64,000 bases of DNA. Source: Hwanghaeella sp. Its GTDB lineage: Bacteria > Pseudomonadota > Alphaproteobacteria > UBA8366 > Aestuariispiraceae. The position numbers were made by a program, and so were the translations under genes. Positions within the stretch are counted from its first letter, which is position 1; the number at the start of each line of letters is the position of its first letter. The stretch is from contig JANQIT010000153.1 in NCBI GenBank assembly GCA_028282025.1, positions 4,570-68,569 on the forward strand, given 5' to 3'. A model generated the notes under the pieces. It had not been told where the DNA came from, did no database searches, and saw only the letters and a list, made by a program, of their open reading frames with translations. Below, piece by piece: positions 1 through 9,347 of this stretch.

Positions 1-25
1 CCGTAACCTCTACACTGGTTCTGCC

Positions 26-520
26 GTGCCTCCTGCCGATATCGACCAGCTTTACGCCGATCATGGCGATGAGTTGTACCGCTTTCTGGCGAGTCGCGTT
101 CGTTGCGTTCAGACCGCGGCGGATCTGAAGCAGGAGGTGTTCGTCAGGCTGATGGCGTCGAGTTCAACGGGCGTGCTGGAGAATCCGCGGGCCTATCTGT
201 TCCGAATAGCGTCAAACCTGATTACGGATCATTTCCGGGTGGAAGCGCGCACGCCGCTTTCCGGCGATGGCGCGGCGGAAGAGAGTTTACCGGATGCGGC
301 ACCCGGGCCGGAACAGCAGGTCATGGGGCGGGATGCGATCGCGCGTTTGCAGCAGGCGATAGACTCGCTGCCGGCCCGTCAGCGCGAAATCCTGATGCTG
401 CACAAGTTCGAAGGTTTGAGCTATGACGAAATTGCGGACCGCCTCGGCATCTCCAGAAACACGGTGACCGTGCATATGGTCAGGGGGCTGGCCCGATGCC
501 GGGATGCTCTGTCGGATTGA
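26..520 (+). CDS. fecI: FecI-like ECF sigma-70 factor (cassette 1)
   Basis: Region 2 (AADLKQEVFVRL, NPRAYLFRIASNLITDHFR) and region 4 HTH (LPARQREIL..EGLSYDEIADRLGISRNTV); directly upstream of a FecR-like gene and a TonB-dependent receptor. Confidence 0.9.
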   Translation: MPPADIDQLYADHGDELYRFLASRVRCVQTAADLKQEVFVRLMASSSTGVLENPRAYLFRIASNLITDHFRVEARTPLSGDGAAEESLPDAAPGPEQQVMGRDAIARLQQAIDSLPARQREILMLHKFEGLSYDEIADRLGISRNTVTVHMVRGLARCRDALSD

Positions 521-544
521 TAGAAACCAAATCAGATTACCGCA

Positions 545-573
545 GTAATGGATATCGGTTGATTGTTCGTCAT
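545..573 (+). promoter_or_regulatory. Putative ECF promoter GTAATG-N17-CGTCAT upstream of fecR1
   Basis: Same motif with same spacing recurs at 1637-1665 before receptor 1; CGT(C) is a typical ECF -10 core. Confidence 0.65.
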
Positions 574-618
574 ATCTAGCGAACAACCGATTCCGCCAAT
601 ACCGAAAGATGCGACAGC

Positions 619-1590
619 GTGAGTAACCAGGACAATTCTTCTCTTTCCGAAGAGGCGGCGGCCTGGTTCGTTCGGCTGCGCGACGAACGGGCTACTGAAG
701 AGGACAGAGTCGCGTTCGCCGCCTGGAGGAAAGCCGATCCGGCGCACGCCGCTGCCTATGCGGAACTGGAGAGCCTGTGGAGCGGCCTTGATCACGTCAG
801 CCGGCATAAACACGCCTTGAATCCGGTGCCGCGTTCGCTTGCCCGGACCCCTCCGCGCAGGCGGTCAGAGGCTTCCCGCCTCCGTCGGTTCTCGGCGGCC
901 GCTATCGCTCTGCTCTTTATCATTGTTTCCGGTGCCGCGATAACGCCAACAGGGTTGTTTGCGGATTATCGTACGGCGGCAGGTGAACAACGGTCTGTCG
1001 CGCTGGCGGATGGATCGGTGATTCTGCTCGATTCAGACACGTCTGTATCGGTGGACTACAGCGCCAAAGCAAGGCGCATCACTTTGCATGAGGGTGAAGC
1101 CTATTTTACGGTCGTAAGCGATGAGGACAGGCCGTTTTCCGTCGATGGCGGCGTCGGTTCCGTACGCGTTTTGGGGACTGCTTTTTCGGTTCGGCGCGAT
1201 GGGGGAGCCACCCGTGTCGTGGTGACAGAAAATAGCGTCCGGGTATCCGGACCTCTCGGCGGCGTCAAGGAACTATCTCCGGAACAGGCGGTGTTGGTGA
1301 CCGGCGGAGGTGTCGGCGCAGTGAAAACCGTGGATACGAACAGCATATTGGCGTGGCGGCGGGGGCGGCTGGTCTTCGAAGATCGTTCCCTGGTCGATGT
1401 TCTGGATGAATTGGACCGCTATCACCCCGGCGTCATTGTCAGCGTCGGAAGCGGTTTGGCCGATGTGACGGTTACCGGCTCGTTTTCCACCGATAAAGCG
1501 GATGCGGCGCTTGAGACAATTGCCCGGACCTTGCCGGTCGACGTCACACGCATGAGCGATTGGGTCGTTCTTGTGAGGGCGCGACAGTAG
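619..1590 (+). CDS. fecR: FecR-family anti-sigma/transmembrane sensor (cassette 1)
   Basis: N-terminal EEAAAWFVRL..AFAAWRKADPAHAAAY anti-sigma domain, one TM helix, periplasmic T..GEQR..LADGS..LD, GEAYF, VLGT (Gly-Thr cleavage site), AWRRGRLVF. Confidence 0.92.
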   Translation: MSNQDNSSLSEEAAAWFVRLRDERATEEDRVAFAAWRKADPAHAAAYAELESLWSGLDHVSRHKHALNPVPRSLARTPPRRRSEASRLRRFSAAAIALLFIIVSGAAITPTGLFADYRTAAGEQRSVALADGSVILLDSDTSVSVDYSAKARRITLHEGEAYFTVVSDEDRPFSVDGGVGSVRVLGTAFSVRRDGGATRVVVTENSVRVSGPLGGVKELSPEQAVLVTGGGVGAVKTVDTNSILAWRRGRLVFEDRSLVDVLDELDRYHPGVIVSVGSGLADVTVTGSFSTDKADAALETIARTLPVDVTRMSDWVVLVRARQ

Positions 1591-1636
1591 CGCCTTCCAG
1601 GCGTCCGCCAAAAAACACAAAAAAAATTGCAAAGCG

Positions 1637-1665
1637 GTAATGCTCCGGCGTCCGATCACCGTCAT
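1637..1665 (+). promoter_or_regulatory. Putative ECF promoter GTAATG-N17-CGTCAT upstream of TonB-dependent receptor 1
   Basis: Exact repeat of the 545-573 motif, preceded by an A-tract. Confidence 0.65.
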
Positions 1666-1748
1666 CCAGAAAAGATATGAGAATGCGACGCACTATCAAA
1701 TGTGACGGTGTGCCGGTTTTGGTTTGTTTGTCAGTTGGGGAGCGGTTT

Positions 1749-4079
1749 ATGGCTTTTTTTCGGGGACATGCGTTGGCTGGGGCGCCGCTGGCGCTATCGG
1801 TTTCAGTGGCCGCTGCATTGTGCGGATTTCAGACGATGGCGTTTGCGCAAAACCAAGATCTGAGAGATTTGAAAATCGGCGCGCAACCGCTGCCTTCTGC
1901 GCTTCTCACCTTCGCCGAGCAATCTGGATTGGAGATCATCTTCGACGCCGGGGTCGTTCGTGGAAAACAGACAGGCGGTGTCAGCGGTGAGGTATCCGCG
2001 GATGCGGCGCTTCAAACGCTACTCGCGGATACGGGACTTCGGCATCGGTTTACCGATCCGGATACGGTAACGCTTATCGCCGAGGCTCCGACCGATGGCG
2101 ACGGTCCCGTGCGTCTGGACCAAATCACGGTAACCGGGGAGCGGACGGAACGAACGATTCAAGAAACCAGTTCAAGTGTAAGCGTCACAACGTCTGAAGA
2201 TCTGGAAAGGATACCCGGCCCGAAGACCGTTGAATCGCTGCTTGTCAGGACGCCCAACATCAACGCTACCGGCGCCAGCAACGTGGCGCCGACAATCCGT
2301 GGTCTGGACTCGACGGGCGTCGCCTCTGCGGGGAGTGGTTTCATCGGCGGTGCGCGTCCGCGTACCACCGTGCAGGTCGACGGCCGCGCCCAATCCTTGT
2401 TCGAATACACTTTCGGTGAAACGCCGACATGGGATGTGGAACAGGTTGAAGTCTTCCGGGGGCCGCAGACGACGACACAGGGCCGTAACTCCATCGCCGG
2501 GGCGATTTTCGTTAGAACGAAGGATCCGTCCTATGAATATGAAACGGAAGGGCAAACGGTTATCGGTAACTTCGGAACGCGGCAATTCTCGGCTGTTGCG
2601 AACGCCCCGATCCTGGAGGACCAGGTCGCTGTGCGGCTTGCGTTCGACTTTCGCGATCACCGCACCTTCCTCAACGTGAACGGTCTGACCCAACCCACCG
2701 GTGCGGATCCGACGGCGGACAACTATCGCAATGTTCGCGGGAAGGTACTGTTCGAGCCCAAAAAGCTTCCGGACCTGCAGGCGAAGCTGACCTATTCATA
2801 CAACGATACGACACGGCCGCAGACCGAGTTCGCCGATGCCCCGTTCGAGGAGCGAACGCGCTTCAATCAGAATTTCTCGGTCTTTCAGACGGAGACCCAC
2901 TCATTCACCATGGAGGCGAACTATTTTCTGAGCGACGCCTTGGAAAGCCGCACGACGACCAGCTATCTGATTTCGGAGATTCAGCGTCGGGCGCCAGCCG
3001 GTCAAGGATTGGTCGATGCGGATCATCGTGAATTGGCGGTCGAATCCGTCCTCGACTATCGGGACGAGGAGCTCGGGCTGAAGGGCTTGGTTGGGGTCTC
3101 CGGTATTTTTACCCACCAGGATGACGCTGTCGACGCAAGTGCATTGGGCTTGGGTGTCGCGGAGCTTGAAGACGACATCACGAGTACAGGCGTCTTCGGC
3201 GAGTTGACCTGGACACCGATACACTGGCTGGACCTCACCGCCGGGGGGCGTTTCCAGAGGGACTCTCAAGACCGGTTCGGCGTCAACAGCGGCGGCGCCG
3301 TGCGCCTATTCGTGGATTTCGAGGAAGTATATTATGAGTTCCTGCCGAAGGCGGGCGCCGCCTTTCGACTATCCGACGATCTGACTGTCGGGGCTACGGT
3401 TCAGAAAGGGTACAATCCGGGCGGCTTCACGGTCAGTTTCACGACCTTTCAGCAAGACATCTTTCTTGAAGAAACTGTCTGGAATTATGAAGCATATTGG
3501 CGGGCGAATTTGTTGAATGACCGATTGGCTTTCAATGGAAATATTTTTTACTCGGATTTCGAAAATCAGCAGCTGACATCCACGGTATTCATCGGTGCGA
3601 ACCCCGTTTCCTTTCTGGACAATGCGGAAGACACCCGAACCTATGGGCTTGAAGCGGACGTCCAGTACTTTCCTTCAGACGAATTGGAACTCTACGGAGG
3701 GTTGGGTTTGCTGGATACGGAAATCCGTGAATTCACAAGTTCTTCGACCGGCGCGGTGCCGGGGAACGAATTGCAGCGGGCGCCGAACGTCACCCTGACG
3801 GCCGGCATCAACTACGAACCGCTGGAGGGTTTCCTGATGGGTATTGAAGGTCTCTATGTCAGCGAATTCTTTAGCGACGACGCGAACACTGAACGCGAAC
3901 GAATAAACGGTTACTTCGTCGCCAACGCCCAACTTTCGTATACTTATGAGAACCTCAGGGCTTTTGCTTCCGTAACGAACATTTTCGATACCGATTACGA
4001 GCTTCAGACATTCGCGCCGAGCAGCGGTCTGCTGGGTGATCCGCGGGAATATGTCGTTGGTATGCACATGAAGTTCTAG
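1749..4079 (+). CDS. TonB-dependent outer-membrane transducer with N-terminal signalling domain (receptor 1)
   Basis: Signal peptide, STN domain (IGAQPLPSALLTFAEQSGLEI), TonB box DQITVTG, plug VEVFRGPQ..GRNSIAGAI, C-terminal Phe; start set at ATG 1749 (GGGGAG RBS) instead of ORF start 1677. Confidence 0.92.
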   Translation: MAFFRGHALAGAPLALSVSVAAALCGFQTMAFAQNQDLRDLKIGAQPLPSALLTFAEQSGLEIIFDAGVVRGKQTGGVSGEVSADAALQTLLADTGLRHRFTDPDTVTLIAEAPTDGDGPVRLDQITVTGERTERTIQETSSSVSVTTSEDLERIPGPKTVESLLVRTPNINATGASNVAPTIRGLDSTGVASAGSGFIGGARPRTTVQVDGRAQSLFEYTFGETPTWDVEQVEVFRGPQTTTQGRNSIAGAIFVRTKDPSYEYETEGQTVIGNFGTRQFSAVANAPILEDQVAVRLAFDFRDHRTFLNVNGLTQPTGADPTADNYRNVRGKVLFEPKKLPDLQAKLTYSYNDTTRPQTEFADAPFEERTRFNQNFSVFQTETHSFTMEANYFLSDALESRTTTSYLISEIQRRAPAGQGLVDADHRELAVESVLDYRDEELGLKGLVGVSGIFTHQDDAVDASALGLGVAELEDDITSTGVFGELTWTPIHWLDLTAGGRFQRDSQDRFGVNSGGAVRLFVDFEEVYYEFLPKAGAAFRLSDDLTVGATVQKGYNPGGFTVSFTTFQQDIFLEETVWNYEAYWRANLLNDRLAFNGNIFYSDFENQQLTSTVFIGANPVSFLDNAEDTRTYGLEADVQYFPSDELELYGGLGLLDTEIREFTSSSTGAVPGNELQRAPNVTLTAGINYEPLEGFLMGIEGLYVSEFFSDDANTERERINGYFVANAQLSYTYENLRAFASVTNIFDTDYELQTFAPSSGLLGDPREYVVGMHMKF

Positions 4080-4094
4080 GGGTGGTTATTCTGT

Positions 4095-4113
4095 GAGAAT
4101 GATAACGATTTGC
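4095..4113 (+). promoter_or_regulatory. Fur-box-like site upstream of fecI2
   Basis: GAGAATGATAACGATTTGC matches GATAATGATAATCATTATC at 14/19 positions and overlaps a TTGCAA -35-like hexamer. Confidence 0.6.
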
Positions 4114-4176
4114 AAATAGTGTGAGCGTTGTACATCCTGGTGCGGTCAAAAGCGCGGCTGTGTTGGGAAGGCGACG

Positions 4177-4725
4177 GTGACTGAATTCGGAGATCCCTGC
4201 GATCGGACCGATAGGGATGATGAACCCGGGTGGTTGTCGGTGTTCGTTGCGAACCGGCAGGCGCTGCTGGCATTTCTAGCGCGCAAGGCCGGCCCGCGCC
4301 ATCAGCCCGTGGATCTGCTTCACGATGTTTATGTTCGCATGTCTCTCGCTAGCCGCGAGAAGCCTATCGACAACCCAAGAGCTTACTTGTTCAGGGCTGC
4401 GGCGAACATTGCCATCGATGTCGCCCGCGCCGACCGGCATCGGGCGCGTGAAGTGGCGGTTTCGGACCTCGCTTTCTTGAACGCCGAGGACACCGCGCCC
4501 AATGCTCTGCAGACGGCTATCGACCGTCAGCGGTTGCGGCGGCTCGACCGGGCCCTGGCCGAATTGCCGGAAGAGGTCCGCGCCATGGTCTACCTGCTTC
4601 GGGTGGAGGGGATCGGCTTTCAGGAAGCGGCCGACCTTTTCGGTGTTTCGAAAAGCACAGTTGAGAAACGGGTGGCCAAAGCTCTCAAGCACTGCAGGGA
4701 CAGGTTGAGCGCCGATGACGAATGA
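4177..4725 (+). CDS. fecI: FecI-like ECF sigma-70 factor (cassette 2)
   Basis: DLLHDVYVRM, IDNPRAYLFRAAANIAIDVAR, region 4 LPEEVR..EGIGFQEAADLFGVSKSTVEKRVAKAL. Confidence 0.9.
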   Translation: MTEFGDPCDRTDRDDEPGWLSVFVANRQALLAFLARKAGPRHQPVDLLHDVYVRMSLASREKPIDNPRAYLFRAAANIAIDVARADRHRAREVAVSDLAFLNAEDTAPNALQTAIDRQRLRRLDRALAELPEEVRAMVYLLRVEGIGFQEAADLFGVSKSTVEKRVAKALKHCRDRLSADDE

Positions 4726-4741
4726 AGCTTTCAGAAAGCTG

Positions 4742-4766
4742 TACGGAATCCTTTCCGTGAACCGTC
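4742..4766 (+). promoter_or_regulatory. Putative ECF promoter TACGG-N15-CCGTC upstream of fecR2
   Basis: Same motif and spacing recurs at 5679-5703 before receptor 2. Confidence 0.6.
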
Positions 4767-4807
4767 TATACTAGTGAAACGCTTTTTTAAGCCGAAGCCC
4801 GGACAGA

Positions 4808-5662
4808 ATGAATAAGCAACCGTCACTGTGGAATCGACCCTCGCCTAGACACGGACAAGGTCTGGATCTTGACCGGGACCTTGGCGCGTTGCGCGGTGGC
4901 GAAGCATTCCCCCCGGGTTTCGATCCAAGGGCGATAGCGGCGCGCGCCCGACGCCGCCGCCGGAGCATCAAGGGGGCGGCAGCGGTTTGTCTCGCCGCGT
5001 TTCTGGTGCTTGTCGGCGCGGGGGTTCACAATCCGGCCGACTACAGTGCGCCAGTCGGCGCGGTCGCGCTGTTTGAACTGCCGGATGGGACGCAGGTCGC
5101 ACTGGATAGCGGGGCAAGCCTGTCCTGGTCGGAAACCGCCACCGAAAGGCGCGTGGTGCTGCATGAAGGTGGTGCTGTATTCGAAACTGCACCCGGAGAT
5201 AGCCGACCGTTTCTGGTTGAAACCGAGAAAATCACGGCCCAACCGATTGGGACCATATTCGGTGTTTCCGCAGTGGAAGGGCCATGGCTTTCCATCGTGG
5301 AACAGGGGCGCGTCATTGTCTCGGATAAGGACGGCGCGGACGCTGTTACGCTGGGCCCCGGAAAAGCTGCGGTTATTGCGCCGGACAGCACCGGCCTTAG
5401 GGCCGTGGACGCAGACCCGGCGCGGGTCCTGGCCTGGCGAGACGGGTACATCGACTTCGAAAACGCCAATCTTACAGAGGTCGTTGAGACACTGGATCGG
5501 TACTATCCAGGTCAGTTGATCCTTCTGGACATGGATCGGTCTCATCGCACGTTCGACGGCGCAGTCGCGATTGACGACTTCGATGCGGCCTTGGCGACCG
5601 TTGCGTTGGCGACCGGTATGGAAATCATCCTGGAAATGCCCTTTTTCGTGATTCTGAGATAA
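4808..5662 (+). CDS. fecR: FecR-family protein with atypical cytoplasmic N-terminus (cassette 2)
   Basis: Arg cluster plus TM helix, LPDGTQVALD, RRVVLHEGGAVF, RPFLV, PIGT, AWRDGYIDFEN..L.EVVETLDRY. Confidence 0.88.
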   Translation: MNKQPSLWNRPSPRHGQGLDLDRDLGALRGGEAFPPGFDPRAIAARARRRRRSIKGAAAVCLAAFLVLVGAGVHNPADYSAPVGAVALFELPDGTQVALDSGASLSWSETATERRVVLHEGGAVFETAPGDSRPFLVETEKITAQPIGTIFGVSAVEGPWLSIVEQGRVIVSDKDGADAVTLGPGKAAVIAPDSTGLRAVDADPARVLAWRDGYIDFENANLTEVVETLDRYYPGQLILLDMDRSHRTFDGAVAIDDFDAALATVALATGMEIILEMPFFVILR

Positions 5663-5678
5663 AAAACACACCCTTCTT

Positions 5679-5703
5679 TACGGTTCTCTGAACTTCATCC
5701 GTC
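5679..5703 (+). promoter_or_regulatory. Putative ECF promoter TACGG-N15-CCGTC upstream of receptor 2
   Basis: Repeat of the 4742-4766 motif. Confidence 0.6.
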
Positions 5704-5723
5704 AACATCTATGAACGCGCGAA

Positions 5724-5738
5724 TGCGACTTAGTCGCA
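5724..5738. promoter_or_regulatory. 7-1-7 palindrome TGCGACT-T-AGTCGCA, probable alphaproteobacterial Fur box
   Basis: Perfect inverted repeat between the ECF promoter and the RBS of receptor 2; a weaker copy TGAGAATGCGACGCA is at 1678-1692 in the same position before receptor 1. Confidence 0.6.
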
Positions 5739-5778
5739 CTTCGGCTTATTTGGCTGTGATTTTTTGGAGTTTGGTGAC

Positions 5779-8277
5779 ATGGGGAGTTTTCGGTCATTTC
5801 TTTTAGGGGCGGTCTCAAAAGGCCAATTGGCGGTATTTGCGGCGGCAGCCGCCATTGGCGGTGTTTCGGCGCATGCCGATCCTGGCGCTTCCAAAGGACC
5901 GCAGGGGGAACCTGCGGTGCTTATTGCTCAGTCGGAGGTATTGAGGTTCGATATCCCGGCCCAACCCTTGAGCCAATCTCTTCGGGATGTCACACGTCAG
6001 GCCGGTCTTCAGTTCCTCGCCGACAGTACGTTGACGCAAGGACTCTCAGCGCCCGCCCTGGTGGGAGAGATGAGCGCCAGCGAAGCGCTGTCCCAACTTC
6101 TGTCGGGGACTGGGTTAGTGCACAGTATCGACGGTCGAAACGTGACCTTGGACCGTTCCGACACGTCGAAGAGCGGCCAGTTGCAGCTCGACACGATAAC
6201 GGTTGAAGCGGTCCTGGAGGGAACGACGACGCGGTCCTACGCGGCGCCTGACTCCTTTTCCGCAACCCGAACGGATACACCGCTGATCGAAACGCCTCAG
6301 TCGGCGCAGTCCGTCAGCCGACAGGCGCTGGAGGATACCGGTGCGGAGAATCTTGCCGATGCCTATGAATACCTAGCAGGCATTTCCCGCGACAATACAC
6401 AAGGCGGTTTGCAGGGTGATGAGTATCTGGCGCGTGGGTTTGGAACCGATAACATCCTCTTCAACGGGAATAGAACGTCCAGCGCCTCGACACTGGATAC
6501 TGCAAATGTGGAACGTGTCGAGGCGTTACGAGGCCCCACCGCCGCGTTGTTCGGAAAGGGCGATCCCGGCGGCCTGATTAACGTCGTCACGAAGCAGCCC
6601 CTGTCGGAACACTTCCACGAACTCACTGTTTCGGGCGGGGACGGTCTCGGCGGTGAAGGAGGCCGGTTCCGACAGGGGCGGGTCGAGCTGGATCTTGGGG
6701 GGCCGGTTACGGAAGATCGTGATCTTCGATATCGCTTCAACGCCGCCTACGAGGATGAAAAGAGTTTTCGAAGCGATGTGGATGAGAAGGTGTTCTTCGT
6801 CTCGCCGGTTTTCGACTACCGTGTAAATGACGAATCGCTTGTGAATCTAGAATTTGCCTATCAGCACCGGGAAGACACTTTCGACCGTGGGGTGTTCTTT
6901 GTGAACAACCAGTTGATATTGCCGCGGGACTTCAACCTTGCGGAAGGAAATACCGGGCGAATCGACAAGGACTATGTCTCCGGCACCCTCAGATTGGAGC
7001 GGGAATTCAACGCGAACTGGACCGGGCGCCTCGGTGTTTACGCCAGTAGCGACGTCCGTGACGGCGAAGGCGTCCAACAAGGGGGTGTAAACGGGAACAT
7101 CGCCCAACGCCAACGGCGTGACGTTGAATCGGTCAACCGTTTCTTTACACTTCAACCGGAATTGGTCGGTGAAGTAGAGACAGGATCGCTCGGCCATACC
7201 TTCTTGATTGGTTTGGACGCACAGCACGAGCGGTCGTCTTTCTTTGGGCTAGTGGGACCGAGAGGCGGCGCGGTGGATGTTTTCAATCCGGACTTCTCAA
7301 TCGCGATTCCGGCGATTGATTCAACTTTGTCCGCCATTGGATCCAGTCTCTTCGACGGTACCATCCAGGGGGAAAGTTATGGTCTCTACGCCCAGGATCA
7401 GATCGACATTACCGATGAATGGAAACTGCTTGTTGGCGGAAGAGTCGACCGCGTTGACCTGACGTCGAACCTGATAACGGCGTTCAATATCGGTGCGTTG
7501 AATGTGTCGACAACCAAGGCCACCTTCAAGGATACGCATTTCTCTCCACGCGCGGGGCTTGTTTATCAGCCTTTACCCTTCTTGAGCGTCTACACCTCCT
7601 ACGCGGAATCTTACCGCCCGCCTACCAGCTCTTTTGCGTTTGCCGATGCGACGGGCGCCCCGGTCGATGCGGAGACGGCGCAGAGTTATGAAGCCGGGAT
7701 AAAGGTTGAATCCCTGAACGGCCGCTTGACGGGGACCTTCGCCGTTTTCCGGGCGGATAAAGAGAATGTACTTGAGTCCGATCCGGCGGATCCGTTCGGA
7801 TTAAGTGCGATCAACCTGGGAGAAGTCCGCTCCGAGGGTATCGAATTGGATATTACCGGAGAACCTGTTGAGAATCTGAGCATCGGCGTGACATATGCCT
7901 ATACGGATGCGCGTACGTTGACGACAACGAACGCTCTTCCCGCGGGTGTCCGGCTGCGCAACGTGCCCAGACACGCGGCATCGCTTCAGGCAGCGTACCG
8001 GATTGGCGCCGGCCCGCTGAATGGGTTGCGGTTTTTCGGAAGTGCGATTTATGAAGACGACCGCTTTACCGATACCTCAGCCGTCATCGTGACGAAATTA
8101 CCATCGTACGTGCGCTTCAATCTTGGCGCTGAATATGAGCCAACCGACTTTGTGACCGGCTATTTTCTTCTCGAGAACATATTGGACGAAGAGTATTACA
8201 CAACTGCGGCCGGTCGGAACAATGTGGATGTCGGCGAGCCCCGGCGATTGGAGGTCGGGCTTCGGGTGAAGTTCTGA
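5779..8277 (+). CDS. TonB-dependent siderophore receptor/transducer with N-terminal signalling domain (receptor 2)
   Basis: STN domain (FDIPAQPLSQSL..QAGLQF), TonB box DTITVEA, SATRTDTPLIETPQS, VERVEALRGP..PGGLINVVTK, FSPRAGLVYQP, C-terminal Phe; ATG 5779 after GGAG. Confidence 0.93.
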   Translation: MGSFRSFLLGAVSKGQLAVFAAAAAIGGVSAHADPGASKGPQGEPAVLIAQSEVLRFDIPAQPLSQSLRDVTRQAGLQFLADSTLTQGLSAPALVGEMSASEALSQLLSGTGLVHSIDGRNVTLDRSDTSKSGQLQLDTITVEAVLEGTTTRSYAAPDSFSATRTDTPLIETPQSAQSVSRQALEDTGAENLADAYEYLAGISRDNTQGGLQGDEYLARGFGTDNILFNGNRTSSASTLDTANVERVEALRGPTAALFGKGDPGGLINVVTKQPLSEHFHELTVSGGDGLGGEGGRFRQGRVELDLGGPVTEDRDLRYRFNAAYEDEKSFRSDVDEKVFFVSPVFDYRVNDESLVNLEFAYQHREDTFDRGVFFVNNQLILPRDFNLAEGNTGRIDKDYVSGTLRLEREFNANWTGRLGVYASSDVRDGEGVQQGGVNGNIAQRQRRDVESVNRFFTLQPELVGEVETGSLGHTFLIGLDAQHERSSFFGLVGPRGGAVDVFNPDFSIAIPAIDSTLSAIGSSLFDGTIQGESYGLYAQDQIDITDEWKLLVGGRVDRVDLTSNLITAFNIGALNVSTTKATFKDTHFSPRAGLVYQPLPFLSVYTSYAESYRPPTSSFAFADATGAPVDAETAQSYEAGIKVESLNGRLTGTFAVFRADKENVLESDPADPFGLSAINLGEVRSEGIELDITGEPVENLSIGVTYAYTDARTLTTTNALPAGVRLRNVPRHAASLQAAYRIGAGPLNGLRFFGSAIYEDDRFTDTSAVIVTKLPSYVRFNLGAEYEPTDFVTGYFLLENILDEEYYTTAAGRNNVDVGEPRRLEVGLRVKF

Positions 8278-8288
8278 CGGTCTCACTG

Positions 8289-8312
8289 AAAAGGGCGGTG
8301 TGCGAACCGTCC
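8289..8312. terminator. Possible hairpin after receptor 2
   Basis: GGGCGGT-gtgcga-ACCGTCC stem preceded by AAAA; no U-tract on the + strand. Confidence 0.3.
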
Positions 8313-8703
8313 GGTCCGGGGCATGGTCAATCGCCAAGCGTTCGGCGTAAAATACCGCATTGCGAACAGATCGCGGTCGCAGTAGCGTTTCGCAGATACC
8401 TCGTGCTTATTGGCGCGGATGAGAGAACTTTCTCCCATCCGCGCCAACAGCAGATGCGGGACCCACCCACTAACGCACGGCACGGATCTATAGCTTAAGT
8501 CGGCCCTCCCGTATCGAACGCCAGTGGAGTTTCCCGCAGTCGCTGCGAGTATTACTTCGGACTCTTGCGATCCAGACCCAGGTCCCCTTTCATGATACGG
8601 AGATTTCTAAAGCAGCATGGCCTTAATCTCGGGGGAAGTTTTCTTACATTCTCAACATTGAGGAGTTCTGGGCAAAGGTCAGGCGTACGTAAAGGAAAGA
8701 AAG

Positions 8704-9081
8704 ATGCTTCGGGGCGCGGTACTTTATGCGAAAGATCTAAATGACTTGACCGAGTTTTACACTGTTCTTGGCGGTGAAGTGGTCGAGGCAAGCGAAGGGG
8801 AATTCGCTGTTCTGTCCTACGGCGAAACCGAACTGACTATCGTCCAAGCGCCAGAGAGGATTGCTTCTCAAATCGTGATAAAGAAGCCGCCGGTTGCGCG
8901 ATCTGAAACCCCGCTAAAGCCTGTCTTCCAAGTTTCTTCTTTGGAAGTGTCTTTGAACGCATTAACCAATTGCGGAGGGATAACCCCTTCCGGTGCACTC
9001 CAGTGGACATTTCGAAGCAACACTATCCAAGACATTGTAGATCCGGAAGGTAACGTCATCCAACTTTGCGAACCAACTTAG
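8704..9081 (+). CDS. VOC/glyoxalase-family protein
   Basis: 125 aa; LYAKDL..LTEFY..LG at the N-terminus and DPEGNVIQL at the C-terminus; AAGGA RBS. Confidence 0.8.
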   Translation: MLRGAVLYAKDLNDLTEFYTVLGGEVVEASEGEFAVLSYGETELTIVQAPERIASQIVIKKPPVARSETPLKPVFQVSSLEVSLNALTNCGGITPSGALQWTFRSNTIQDIVDPEGNVIQLCEPT

Positions 9082-9347
9082 ATTATCAACCAAGGACGCT
9101 CAAAGCACCGGCAGCAATGGCCAATTTGGTGAATGCTGCAAATCCGGCCTTCGGATGTCGAACGCTGGCGGTGTATCTGCCGCCAAATTGCACTACGAAA
9201 CTCCGCTATTCCGTGGCTCCGTACGGAAATGCTTTTTCTGTAATGAAACTACGGTCCAACTATCCCTCTCTTGAACAGAGAAACGATAGGCTCCTACGGT
9301 CAGGTTTTCGACAATGTAAGTGTTTGGCGAGGTAGGAGTTTGGCTGG

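Noticed and set aside
1677-1748. ORF-track start of receptor 1 at ATG 1677
   Set aside because: It lies on the Fur-like box just after the ECF promoter; ATG 1749 has an RBS and begins the signal peptide
8278-8703. Short ORFs between receptor 2 and the VOC gene
   Set aside because: No RBS or recognisable motif; may be degraded sequence but cannot be supported
9082-9347. 89-aa ORF and a possible cassette-like repeat after the VOC gene
   Set aside because: No second copy in the window and no convincing attC structure
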